A DNA stretch of 64,000 bases from Marsupella aquatica (taxonomy: Eukaryota > Plantae > Marchantiophyta), in contig OZ316898.1 in the NCBI GenBank assembly GCA_973895155.1, positions 11,989,187-12,053,186 of the forward strand, written 5' to 3'. Below are positions 38,409-51,400 of this stretch, piece by piece. The translations under genes and the position numbers were made by a program. The notes under the pieces are model-generated. The model was not told the DNA's origin. It was given only the letters and a program-made list of their open reading frames with translations, and searched no databases. Within the stretch, counting starts at the first letter, position 1. Each line of letters begins with the position of its first letter.

Positions 38409-40183
38409 TCTGTCTTAAGCCTCCAAACTTAGCTCGCTGCTGAAATTCACTCAGTCACTAATCTAGCACTCACAAAAATCCCAGAATAAAGCTTTCAAGC
38501 TGTAAGTTCGAAAGCATGGGACGAGAAGAATGCGTTGACAATTCTTATATTAATTGCCTGTAATGGACAGTCAGGTTTGTGGTTCTCTAGTTTTGCTGTC
38601 CAAATTCTGGAATTTTGGGATTCTCTCTTCTACGAGTTCCTGGCTCGTAAGCAGTCTTGATTCGAAAGCATACTCATTCAGTCGGCCAGACCCCCAAATC
38701 CTCTACAATCTCTCTCTCGGTTGATCAGACAATTCAATTCCGACCGTGGAGTCTAACAGCTCTACCCCCTACCCCACCGCTGTAAATTGAAAGACAAAGT
38801 CCCAGAGTGGAGTGCCGTATAGCACCTCCTTTCGAATTGTGGGTACTGAGCAGGATGATAAACCTTACATGGCCACTTCCCTTCACTATTTACTCCGTAT
38901 CTTGATAGGAAGGATTCTCACAAAACCAACCCGCTTATTATACCCTTCCAACAAACGGTATGAGAGTCAGGCTGCTGCTGCTCAGTTAGGGTCAGAGGCG
39001 TCGTCACAAGCAGCATTATAGTGTCTAGCTAGACTTCTCGAGTGTTGCAGCTCACCCCTAGCTTACAGACAGTTTCTAATTTAGCCAAATGCTCATGACG
39101 TGGTGTACCAAAATTACCAACAGACGATCTGAGATTATGAGAAGAGAATGAAGGGACGGACTGTCCCCAGCTGCAAGAGCAAAGCGACAATGGAGCCAAA
39201 GAAGTCAGTCAGGAGCGCGCGGGAAAGGAGAAAAGAACCATGGAGCGGGAAATAAAGAAGCTACATAAGCAAGGAGGAAAAGTTTCATGATGAGCTACAG
39301 GAGAGTTGGCGGGTTGCACCAAATCGAGGAAGGAGGAGGAGAGAGTGGAGGTGGCTGTTGCTACTCATTGCCTAACAAAGCTTTATAGTTGGACAGTACG
39401 AATGGAGAGAGAGAGAGAGAGAGGAGTTGTTGCCACGCTAGTCGTTGACAAAAAAGAGGCTACAGTAGTGGTGTAATAGGAGGAACATCGGGTACAGCCT
39501 TATGTCGTGAACATTACAGTCTCAAAATAGAGCACGATGCCATAACTAATGTCTTTAGATTTAGTAATGTCTAACTGATACATGAAAGTGAAGCGTGGAT
39601 TGACTACTACGTTGAACACAATGCTCCCCTGAACCACATTTTGGTGGTGTACATTTTGGTGGCCATTGAGAGTTTTGGGCTCATAATTTGATGATTATAA
39701 ATCTTAAAATAATTTTTAATTTTTCACCTGAAAGACAATTAGAGAAGGAAGAGACACAAAGAAAACACAAGCCCTAATAAATCTACACTCTATAATATGC
39801 AAGCCAGCCAAATCTTAACTTTAGTTTGCTTACAAACCATGAAAAAGGCTGCCTAGAATGATTTGTATCCATTAGATATACAATATATATATAACTATGA
39901 TCATTGGATTTATAGATTTTTTAGGTTGACGGTTTGGTGCGGAGCGGAGGCGGAGCGGAAGCAGCGGAGCGGAGGCGGAAGCAGCGCGAACCGGGGTCGG
40001 GAGGAGCGGGGGAGCGAGTGAGTGGCGGGAGGATCGGGCGAGCAAGGTCGAGCGCGGCGGGGGTGGGCCGGGTTGCGCGCGGCTGGGCGCTGACGCGCTG
40101 TGGTGGCTGATGCGTGGCGAAGCCAGGGAGGGGCATGCGCAGGGGCCCTTTTATGGGGGGCCTCATTATGAGGGACCCCCTGC

Positions 40184-41866
40184 CACTAGTACATTTTACC
40201 TCCTTTTTCCGATTCTCTCCACATCGGACGCCTTTGTAAAATAAAATTTGAAAAACCATATATCCGATACTACTAGCATCGCAACATGCCATTTTAATAG
40301 TATCGGATATCGACAATCGGACTTCTATCGGAAAGTCCGATGGTGGGAGAATGGGAAAGTTCGATGGTGGGAGAATGGGAAAGTCCGATGCTAGGAGAAT
40401 AGGAAAGTCCGATGGTGAGAGAATGGGAAAGTCCGATGCTAGGAGAATGGGAAAGTCCAATGGTGAGAGAATGGGAAAGTCCGATGGTGAGAGAATGGGA
40501 AAGTCCGATGCTAGGAGAATGGGAAAGTCCGAAGCAATCAAAATGGGATATGCATTTCAGCGGACGCGACATGCTCAGGTCACCCATCTCTTCCTTTAAT
40601 TGGGTTTCTACTTTCATTTGGAACTATGAGCTAGGTGCCCATCTCCCTTGACATGTGAACTCTTCAAATTTTCTCAACTAATTGGTCACCCATCCCAATT
40701 GCTATTCCTCCAACATGAGCTTAACTTTGTGGTTCTTATTCCTTACATTGTACATGCAAGCTTAGCACTTTTGTTGTTTGACTTAGAGTGTTTGGGGATT
40801 TTATACACTTGTGAGTTTACTAAGACCCATAATTTGGACCCATTCTTGATCCATTTTTCTCTATCATGAGATTAGATCTTTGCATCAAGTGACCTATTCT
40901 AGTTACCCTATTACATTCCCCTAGGAGAAACCAATAGAAATCTGGCAGGGGTCATTCATCGATAGTAAAGCCCTCCTTCATTAGATTTGATATGGGATAA
41001 TTATGGCTTATTAGTTATGGATGATATTTTGGTCCTTCCAAAGCCTCAGCGTCAATGGCTCCTGATTGTCTCATCTTTTATCAACTATGTTGTTGTTGGA
41101 CTTGCAACAAAGACTACATGGGACAAGCAACCTCCTTCTAGATGATGTATTTTGGACTTGGCATGTTGAGCACATATTTCCGTAAGGGAACAATATGTTG
41201 GGTCTTGGAATGAGGCAAAAACAACACTCAAGTCCATTTGCCTCAAGTATGAAGTTATTCATGCATGCAAGAATGATTGCATCTTTTGGGAAGAGTATGT
41301 CGATGCAACCACATACCCCATCTAACACATCAAAACTTTTCATTCTAACACAATCAAAAAATTTCTTTTTGTCATAACCAGAATTTCCCATACTCCCAGC
41401 ATCGGACTTTCCCATTCTTCTAGCATCGGACTTTCCCATACTCCCAGCATCGGACTTTCCCATTCTTCTAGCATCGGACTTTCCCATACTCCCAGCATCG
41501 GACTTTCCCATTCTCCCAACATCGGACTTTGCCATGTTAGCACAATCGGATATAATATCCGTTATTATTAACTACGGAAAGTTTCCGATCAATATTGTAA
41601 CGCACATCATTTTTGTTACAAAAAACATCGGACATATCAATCAAAGTTTTTGTTGAGGGATCCGATGTGTTTTCTAACGGATATGATCCGTTTTTTAACG
41701 CATCGGAAAGGTTCCGTTGTCAATTATATCGGAAATGAAGATATCCAAAGCCGAGAGTATGGCATATTGCCATTTTTTGATAATCGGAATTTCCGATGCT
41801 AAAAGAATCGGACGCCGATTGTTCGCAAAAATTGAGCATCGGAAATCAGCTTAATATGTACTAGTG
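40184..41866. mobile_element. Non-autonomous CACTA (En/Spm) element
   Basis: TIRs CACTAGTACAT / ATGTACTAGTG; 3-bp TSD TGC at 40181-40183 and 41867-41869; 24-bp subterminal repeats (ATGGGAAAGTCCGATG...) in opposite orientation at ~40329-40531 and ~41385-41531. Confidence 0.93.
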
Positions 41867-42446
41867 TGCCGCTAGGAGAGGGGCTCCTTCCGCCGGGGTG
41901 ACCCTCAGATCCCCCCCCCCCTTTCCCCCTTAACGGGATTTTCGTGTGGGTTGTTGGCCCCGGGCTCTTCATCCTTGGTTCTCCTCTTTCGGTGCTCCTC
42001 GTACTGCTGGCTTTGGCCCTTTGGGGGCTGTTTTCCGGGCCCCTCGGTTCTGTTTGGGGGGGAGGTCTTGGTGCTTGGGAGCCTTCTCTGCTGGTTGGAT
42101 TTCTGCTCCAGCCTGGTGACTGGCCCTGGCCTGGCCCGGGGTCTGGCGCTTTTTGTCCTGGCTCTGTGCCGGGGTTGGTTCGTGACCTGGGGGAGCACGT
42201 TGTGGTGTGGCTTCTTGGTGTTCTATCCGGAGGGGGTGCCTCCGCGACAGCTTCCTTTGCGCGGGGCTGCGGCGGTCCTTTACGACATGCGGTTGTTGTC
42301 ACTACCGGGTCGAGGTTCTTTGCTTTGGTCATCCATCCTTTGCTTTTGTTTTTGTTGTCGCTTTCGTAATATTTTCTGTTTGTTTTTGTTTGACTTGCCT
42401 ACTTTATATGTTTCTTCGTTATCCTTGTTTTATATTTTCATTTCTC

Positions 42447-45400
42447 ATGGAGCCTCTTCCCATTCTGAGTTCCCCTCCCCCCACTCCGCGCCCTCCGGCT
42501 TCCCCCTACTCCACCCCTCTTTCCGTCCGTCACCATCGTCCCTCCTCACCTCCCACTTCCCCTTCTGATCCCCGTGTCCAGTGCGATGCTTGTCATAGTT
42601 GGTACCGGCCGTCAGGTTTGACGTGCCACCGTCGTTCCTGTCCTGCCCTTCGTGCTTCCTCCTCCACCTTGCCTCCACCCCCCGTCCTCCCCCCACCTCC
42701 ATCTGGGCCCCCTCCCTCCTCTTGGGATTGGTTGGCTCACCTTGACGTCCTCGCTGCCCTCTATCCCGGTTTTCGGCATCCCCGTTTGTTTACTAGGATT
42801 CCCGTGCCCGTGCGGCCTCTCCTTCGGAGAGCCTTTCGTCTTCCCTTCGACCGCTTGGCTCGCAACCCCTCAGATGTTGGGGCTTGGTCCTTGCTCCTGC
42901 TGCTCCCTCATTGGGTGCTGGTCCTTCCTCCACGGGGGGGGGCCATCCGGGCATAGGGAGACCTTGGTCCGGTTGCAGCGGTTCCTTTCTGGGGATTGGG
43001 CTTCGCTTCATGAGGAGTATTACCATAGGTTGTTAGCGATGGCCTCTCGGACCTCTGAGCCTGTCGAGGAGCCATCTGTCCCTCCTGTGCAGCGCTGGCT
43101 TCGCCAGTGCCTTCTATTGGGGCAGGCGGGGGAGTTTTCTCGGGCCGCCTGCTCCTTGGTCCCCCTCTCCCCCTCTCCTCCTTCAACCGAGACCGTTCTT
43201 GCCTTACGGTCTCTTCATCCCCCAGCTGCATCCGAGGTTCCTTGTTTTCTCGGGAGCTTTACCCCTGAGACCGAGTTCTCCCTATCCCGTGAGGTGTTCT
43301 CCTCTGTCTTCCTTCAGCTACCCCGCCTATCCACGGGCGGGATTTCTAGGATGAGGTTTGAGCACCTACGCGATTGCTTTTGTCCTGACGACTCGGCATC
43401 TGGTTTTTCTGAGTTGTTCCAAGTCTGTGCCCATGTAGCGGGGGGCCGTATTCCTCCTGTGGTCGCTCGGCTTTTGGGGGCCTGTCGGCTTCTGGCTATG
43501 GCCAAAGAGACTGGGGGTGTCAGGCCCTTGGCCATCGGGGAGGTCTTGTTCCGCTTGGTGAGCCGTTGTGTTTGTCTGCAAACTCGGGCTCCCTTTTCAT
43601 CACACTTTTTTCCTCACCAGTTTGGAGTGGCCACCCCCGGCGGTTGCAAGAGTGTGGTGCATGGCCTTCGTGCCATCTTGGATATCCACCCCGACTGGGC
43701 TGTCATTCAGGTGGATGTGGCTAACGCATTCAACTCTGTATCCCGTCGGGTCATGTTTGAGGAGTTGCGAGCCGTTGGAGGGGAGATCGCATCCGTCATC
43801 CCCTTTGCCCGGGCCTTCTATGGGGCCCCCTGGTTTACCCTGACCATCTTGTTCCTGGGTCCTATGTGACCATATCTCATCCGAGTCCGGGACTAGGCAG
43901 GGTGATCCCCTGGGTGGAGCGTTGTTTGCTATGGCGCACCTTTGTGCTATTCGTGCCTCTTCGGCTGCCTTCCCGGGTTGCATGTTTCCTTCTGTTGCGG
44001 ATGACACTCACATTGTTGCCCCGGTCTCACTTGTTGGGGACGCCTATTCCCACTTTGTGGACCAGCTTGCCCTCATTGGTCTTTCAGTTCAGCCTTGGAA
44101 GTGTGGGGTTTGGTCTCGTCTCCCCCTCCCCCACTCTTTCACCCCACCTCTTGGTATACCCATTCGGCTCGAGGGCATTAGAGTCCTTGGGGTGCCTTTT
44201 GGGGGAGCGGCCTTTGAGCAGGATTTTCTTCTAGTGGCCCTGTCCCAGGACGTTTTGCATATTGACCAGTTGGCGTCCTTGGGGGGATGTCCAGATCTCC
44301 TTTTTGATCCTGGTCCTATGTTTTGTTCGGCGTCCTTCCTATCTTCTCCGAAGAGTCCCTCCTACCGCGATGTTCCTGTCCTTACTCTCTTCATTTGACA
44401 CCACTGTGATGAGAGTCTTTGGTCACCTCATTGGTCCGGGAGCCCTTGATGGAGAGGATGGTTCTTTTGCGGCTAGGCAGGCTGCGTTATCCCCATTAGG
44501 AGGTGGTATGGGGGTGGCCTCGGCAGTGGACATTGTGCCTTGCGCGTTTCTTGGTAGTTGGGCGCAGGTGGCCCCTACCCTGGCCTCGCATTTCATTGTG
44601 GACCTTCGGCCTATCCTCTCTGACTCGGTCATGGGAGTGGAGAACGGAGCTCTCCCTTTTCAGGTCTAGCTTCGTCATGCACGGTCATTATTGCCGGAGG
44701 ACGTGCAGAGCGTCGTCCCTGCTTTCGAGGGAGTTGTTTTGGACAGCCCAGATCGAGTCCAACAGGTGATTTCTGATCGCATGCATCGACACACCCTTTC
44801 CAGCATGCTTTCTAAGGCACCCTCGGATTTGGTACGGGCACATCTTTTATCTGGTTCGGGCGCTGCTTTGGGGGCTTGGCTATCGGCGAGTCCTCTTTGG
44901 GCCCCCTTTTGTATGAGTTCTTTTATTTTTACCACATCCACGCGCCTTCGGTTGGGTCTTCCTCACCCTTGCCTCTTGGGTCAGCCCACTTGCGTCTGTG
45001 GAGCGCCCCTTGATGGGCAAGGCATTCACATTCTCAGGTGCGGTCATGGTAGTGAGAGGACTGCGACCCACGACGACATTTGGGACGTGGTGGCGGCCAT
45101 TGCCCGGGATTCTGGTTACCATGTCATGATGGAGCATAGACATGTGTTACCTCCACGGGATGGGGTTTCTGATCGTCGTCGGGCTGATCTGGTATTCTCT
45201 CGCGCTGGTGTTCGTGCCCTTGGGGACGTCATTGTTGCTGATCCGACTAGTGGGGCCAACGTGGCTTCGGCGGCTCATGTACCAGGCCATGCCGCCGCGA
45301 GGGCAGCTCGGCTGAAGGAGGAGGCCTATGCTGTGCGGTACCCCTGGGACCTCTTCTATCCGTTTGCCGTGGAGGTCTTTGGGGCACTACACCCATCCTT

Positions 45401-45644
45401 TGACCGTTTTCTTCGCTCTTGCGCAGTTCAGTACGTTGAGCGGAGGCCCTATCCCCCCGTGTCGGTCATCACTGCATTCTTTAGACATAGGGTGTCTGTT
45501 GCGCTTCAGCGGGCACAGGCGTTCACTATTCTTCGTAGGGGGGAGGCTGTTGGTCTTAGGGCCGCTAGTAGGATTCCTTTTCTTGACCCCCCCATGCAGT
45601 TCACACCGGAGCTTTACCAGGCTCTCCAGTTTGCTGATCGGTAG
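42447..45644 (+). pseudogene. CRE-like ORF: Zn finger - reverse transcriptase - CCHC - RLE endonuclease; frameshifted
   Basis: CDAC..HRRSC Zn finger; RT motifs GVRPLAIGE, QFGV, DVANAFNSV, GTRQGDPLG, SVADDT; CVCG..H..RC..RTATHD; RADL..GDV, KEEAY, FYPFAVEVFG. Frameshifts near 42940, 43830 and 44285, plus TAG at 44667. Confidence 0.9.
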
Positions 45645-48205
45645 GCGTTTGGGTTCCTGTCTTTGGGTTTGCTTTTCTTGGCCCCTTGGTGGTCTCCCCC
45701 CTTGATTGGGTCTTTTGCCTGAGGGATCATGTCTCCCGGTTCGGCGCCCTCTGTTTTTTGGCAATTTGATATACTATATTTATAAAAGAAAGAGATAAAA
45801 ATACCATAGAACAATGTGATTAGAAAGGCACATAGGAAGGAGTCACATTGGAAAGTGTGTCTCCATCTCCAAATTTTTAGTAAAAGAACACCTCATTAAA
45901 ATATTATTTTTTGAGGACCATATTAGATCCGGAAACTCACACAAGAGGAGAAGTGCATGTACGGTAGCTTTAAGAGGGATGGCCAGTAAAAATTTTCCAC
46001 AAGTTTTAATTACAGTGGCATGAATTTCATCCCGGGTGATTATTGAAATTAATTTTTAATAACATATTATTTAAGCAGAACTTTGAAGGTTATATTTTGA
46101 CTCTGTATAATTTTTAATAGTTTTGTGCATTCTGAAAATGGGTGCCTGGGGAGCACACAGTGCTCCCGTGTGTTTTTATTTCTGTTTTTTAATTAGAAGA
46201 ATTGGGTGTTCTCACTACGAATGGTTAGGCAAGTTCTAAAAAAATGGAGTTTTTTACTCTTCATTCTATTGTGTTGGAACAATGTTATAATTTTCTTTTT
46301 GCATGATTGTTTTAATGTTGTTTTCCAGGTTTTGCAATGTATAGTGTTAGAGAAAGCTATTTTTGGGTGGGGGATGGGGACAAGAGCGGAAACCTCCATT
46401 GCCTCACAACTTTTACCTCTCCTCCCCACTCACAACCTCACTTTTTCACAGTTTTCACCAGTTTCTTACTTCAACGAGTACATAAAGTCTGGTTGGTAGC
46501 ACTGTTTTATGCTTATCACTTTTAATGCAAATCATGTTCTTCTTGAATAACACTTCTCTTGGTGCAATGCATGAGAATCCAACTTTTATGTTTTCTTATC
46601 ACACTCTTTTTAGACCGCATTTAGTTCATTTCTGCATTCAACTTCTACCTTGCTTCCCTCCCCTGCAACTCATGCTTTAATTTCTATTGATAAATGAATC
46701 CTTCCGACATCCACTCTTTTCCCTAATGCTAACACCACTTTGCTACTACCAACATTTCATAAATGTTAACACTCTTCCAAAAATGACATATCTTTCTTTC
46801 TTGCTGACGTACCGCATTAAAACAATTTTGTCCAATAGCACTTCCGTACCAAATTAGTTATGCTCAAGACTACCTTTACTTGAGAACTCTGTTGTAGAAC
46901 AATACTTTAATTTGCTTATCAACAAGTATGCTTGATATGTTTTGAGAATCGCCTAAAATTTTGCTTGACACTATTATGCAACATAAATGTTTTGAGAATA
47001 ATCTGCTTACAAATTCAGAAATTGGCAGGAGCAAATTGTGTCCATTGGATTAGGGAATGTCCAGGGCCATTCAATGACAAAATGAGGCCTCTCCAAGTTA
47101 GTACTGTTTCACAGGACTATCCTTACTGACACCCTTCCTCCTCGCCCGACAGGCCTTATCATGCCCTCGATGCCAATGCCCAAAAAGCACTTTTGGGATG
47201 CCACATCATCCTTGCTCGAAACCCTTTGGTCCAGGTGCACGCCCTCCCCTCGGTCCTGATGTCTGGCTTGGGCCTTGATGCCCTCCCAGGGCCTGATGCC
47301 ACACAACGCCAAACCCTCCCATGCTAGACACCCCGCGTCTCCCAGGGTGGACGACCCTCCCGCCCCTCCCTACCTTGCCTCCCTCACGAGTCCCACCGTC
47401 CCGACTTGCTTGCTTCCTCCCTCCCTAGCTCCCGGCCAACTTGCTCACTCCCTCCCTCCATCGAGACTTGCTCACTAGCTCTTCTCCCTTGCGACTCCAC
47501 CCTCCCTCCTGGCTTGCTTGCTCCCTCTCCCACCCTTGCAACTGCTACCCAATCGAATCCCTCCCGAGTCTCCCTACCTTGCCTCCCTCACAACTCCCAC
47601 CCGAGTCACTCCCTGCCATTTGACTGACTCCCTCCCTCACGACTCCCAGTCACCCTCCTCCCTCTAATATTTGGGGGAGAATCCTATAGGGCATGGATGT
47701 GATTGGCATGGGCTTGGGGTGGGACCAGCAAGGGATGGGATATGTGAATGACTTAAATTTTGTGAACCATCTTTGTTCAAGTGACAAGGTAGTAGATTTG
47801 TTGGCACATGGGGTATCTTTAGTGTGCTTGCATTAGCCCATGCAATTAAGAGGATATCATAGGGGCAAGAGACATCCTGGAAGTAGGAGAATCGCCTTGA
47901 AGGTTAAGAGGGTGAGACAAGGGGTCCCGGTAAGCAGTATCCTCAATGGATATTGGGTCCCCATCAAAGTCTCAAGTCTCTTTCAATGGTGTGGCCCAGC
48001 CGACGTTCAATATAATTAGGGTTATACCTAGAAGTATTCAAGTTTTTCTTCCAAATTCTGACGAGGGTCCTGCAAGGTTGACCAAAAATGTTGCATATGA
48101 TGAAACTCTTTATTGAACATGAATAAAGTTTGCATGAGTGTGGTATTAATGTCTTCAACATGACCTCATATAATTTGTATTTAAGCATCTTATGTATTTC
48201 ATCTT

Positions 48206-48465
48206 TCCCCCATCACCTACGATGCTTTTGGCCTCAGACCCCCTAAAATGTAAGTAAAAAATATTATTTTTAACCCCTATAAAGTTAGAATATTCCAAAA
48301 ATCTGGTTATAAGGACCCTAATGTTCTTATAAGTCTCAAAAATTGGATTTAAAAGACCCTATTGTCCTTCTCAGAAAATTCTTAAGTCTTCCCTTCGAAC
48401 CAATAAAATGACTCTATACTTCGTTGCATATGATATGTCATTTTTGTGGAAGTGAAACCCCCAAG
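48206..48465 (+). mobile_element. hAT-type MITE, copy 3 (left TIR missing)
   Basis: Same internal sequence as the other copies and right TIR AGTGAAACCCCCAAG; no left TIR or TSD. Confidence 0.85.
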
Positions 48466-51400
48466 ATCCTTTTATCACCTCAACATCTTTTTATCACTCC
48501 ACAACTTCCGTGCAACGCACGGGCATCAGGCTAGTATATTTCATATTAATGCAATGAAAATTAATCTAATAAAAGTGGATGAATAATTCAACCAAATGAA
48601 CAAAAAATCATGGTCATATTCAAATTTTGGAAAATGTGGTCCATTGGGGTTTAAAAAACCAACATTGTGGTCCATGGGAGCATCATTTTCCTGATACATC
48701 AATATTTTACATCAACATATCTAGAATATTCCTAGCATATGCATTGTAAAACATTTCCCAAGTTTCCAGAAGGACTACTTGAGTGAACTTTTGTATGGAC
48801 AAAATTATATAATATCATTTATTTTTTGAGTAAATGTGATTTAATTTCTCTCCAAAGTAATTTTTATCTACATGTAATTAAAATGCAAAGCATAAAGACA
48901 AGAGGTCTAAGCCTAGATATGTGGACCAGGCGCCTTCCTTCAGTTGGCAATCACCATGGACTCACTCTATAAGGCAGTCTTCCACATTACACCCTATCTC
49001 CCTCTATCTCAAGAGGAAACCTGCTGCTCTTGCTCTAAAATGGATGGACACTGTGGTGCAGGTTCTTGTTGGCAGTTACACATCAAGTGGTGGGAATTCT
49101 AACATGTTTTGCAGGGAAGCACTCTCACTACCCTATAAACCACTACTAATAAGCAGATTCTTGTGCCCCACATGAGAAGGAAATTATCCTTCATAAGAAC
49201 CCTATGGATCTGGGATGCTCAGCTATCAATTGTGGGTCCTTGAGGCCCAGCTGACCTAGCGTCACTTCAGGTCCCCTCGATCCACTTATGTCACCGGTCA
49301 GTGTGATGTCTTGCACTACATCATCAACGTGATTTTGAGTTATTGATAGTCAAGTGAGGCTACTTCCCTCATATATCTTTACGGACCCCACTAGAGGTCC
49401 CTTCCAAAATTCCTGGCACCACAGCGTGCCACGTCAACAACAACCGCAACAAACAGGAACGAATTGGTCTCCACAATGAAAATATGCCCAAATTCGTGTT
49501 TGCAACAGGATTTTGGTAAAACTGGGGACGCCATGCCGTAAATATTCATGTAAACTTGTTTTACAATTAACCGTATTATTTACCTTTAGATAACAAATTA
49601 TTGAAGTTGAGATAGACAATAACTGTTTTTTAACCCCTAAATAATGGAATGCACAACATTAAGTAATAACAATAACCATTAAATAATAATTAAAAAGAGA
49701 AAAGTAAAAAAATTAAATGTGTAATCGAAAGTAAGCACTTGTCACTAGAAACAGTTAAGTAATTAACATCCACTACAATCCATCCCGCCCACAATCCAAA
49801 CTGTAACGAGCACTCCTCCACGCCACAACCTCTGCACGAATTCTCGTTGTTGATTTTGATGGTGAGGTGAATGTGTGCACACGCAATGTTGATAGAAACG
49901 AGAAGGTGAGAAAGAAGCTGCCCAATCGAAGACTCGATAACAAAGAAACCAGAAAAGAGATCATTTCATAAGGACCAAAAGCAGGAAAAACAACGATCGC
50001 AAACAGGATTGATAAGAAGAAACTGAAGAACAAAACGATCAAATCAGGAAGAGAAGGACTGCGATTTGAACTTGAAATGAAAACAAAGATCAAAAGAGGC
50101 CATGGTGAAGTGAAAGCGTAAGCCAGGAGAAGTGAAGAAGAAGATATAAAACGCTGCAGAAACACGATCGGGGCAGAGAAGAGCGGAAAGGCAGCAACCT
50201 GAGCAGAAGAAAAAGGCAAAAGCAGATCGATCGAGACAGAAAGAAAAGTGAAACTGAACCCCGATCTAAGGCCGAAAACTCACAAGCAAAAGAGAGAATT
50301 GAAGTAGCAGAAGCATCGGGAGGCACTGGCGAAAGAGAATTGACAAGGAGATTTGAAAAGCACAGAAAGAAACATCGAGAAACAAAATTGAAAAGAAATA
50401 ACAGAATCGAACAGACTGAAGAAGAACCGATAAGGACTTGAGCATAGAACGACTGAGAACGACTGAGAACGACTGAGAAAAGGCATGACTAACTAAGGCA
50501 AAAATCAAAAATTGAAGAACGAGAAATAGAAGCGCCGGCCCCGGAAGGAACTCAAAACTGAAATCGAACAAGGTCAATTTTCATTGTTGAATCCTTCTCT
50601 TGATTCTGACTTGTCGTTGTATTCCCAGTTTCCAGAGCTTCCTTTCTCTGGGGAAAATTTCTGTTTTCATTCAAGGGCGAGTGATCAGATAATGATGAAA
50701 ACAATTTATCGTCCATGAAAGAGAGCTATATATTTGGAAAACTCCCCCATTCATTCTGCTTTTAGAGCCACTTGATTTGGCTCGTACGTAACGGAAGGGG
50801 CTCTCAAGGACCTACTTGGTTCCGGCTTCTGGCTATTCTCTACGTAGCAATCCCTCTCGTTCCCTCTCGTTCTCGCTCGTGCTGCACTACTTGTGTGTTT
50901 CTTGTTCTATTTCTGTCACAATTGAACTCTTTGAGACGAAATGAAATATGAATAGTAGGAGTAGAGTGGTGCAATAGCTCTCGTTCTGGCTCGTGCTGCA
51001 GGTGGTTTGCCTGCTTTCTTGTTTCTTCGAAAATGAACTTCATGCTTCAAGAGATGAACAGTGGGGCTATCGTTCTCGTTCTCATTCTCATTCTCGCTCG
51101 TGCTGCAGGTTGTTTGCTGCTCTGATCAGAATGAGTGCGTTTGGCTGCTTCCTTGTTTGTTTCCTCGAAATTCAACTGCATACTTCGAAAGATGAACAGT
51201 GATGAGTAATGCAAAGGGAGGGAGCCAGAGAGGGTGGTCCGCATGGGGGACGGAACCTTTGGGAATGAGGCAGGCAAGCGGTGAGTTTGCCTGCCTTCTT
51301 GTCGGAGCGAGCTCCAACGTTGTTGTTGTTTGATCGCATGCATTCTCTTGAGCTCTCGATGCTGTTCGAGGCGCTGCTTGGTTTCCTTGACATTTGATCG

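Larger units (their letters stand above)
39923..45795 (+). mobile_element. Non-LTR retrotransposon with RT and C-terminal restriction-like endonuclease (CRE-clade-like)
   Basis: GC-rich 5' UTR interrupted by a CACTA element, a disrupted ORF at 42447-45644, and an A-rich tail near 45783. Confidence 0.85.
39782..48534 (+). mobile_element. Non-autonomous canonical Helitron (3' end clear, 5' end inferred)
   Basis: 3' hairpin CCGTGC-AAC-GCACGG (48508-48522) followed by CTAG|T at 48531-48535. Candidate 5' end A|TCTACACTCTATAAT at 39782 would give an AT target site. Confidence 0.6.
39612..48691. mobile_element. Putative Mutator-like outer element (degenerate TIRs) hosting nested insertions
   Basis: Left ATGCTCCCCTGAACCACA (~39621) is an imperfect inverse of right TGTGGTCCATGGGAGCAT-CATTTTCC (~48667-48691). 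No convincing TSD. Confidence 0.4.

Noticed and set aside
39921-41543. Repeat-protein ORFs (SDFPIL.. / MGKSDARR..)
   Set aside because: Translations of the 24-bp CACTA subterminal repeats.
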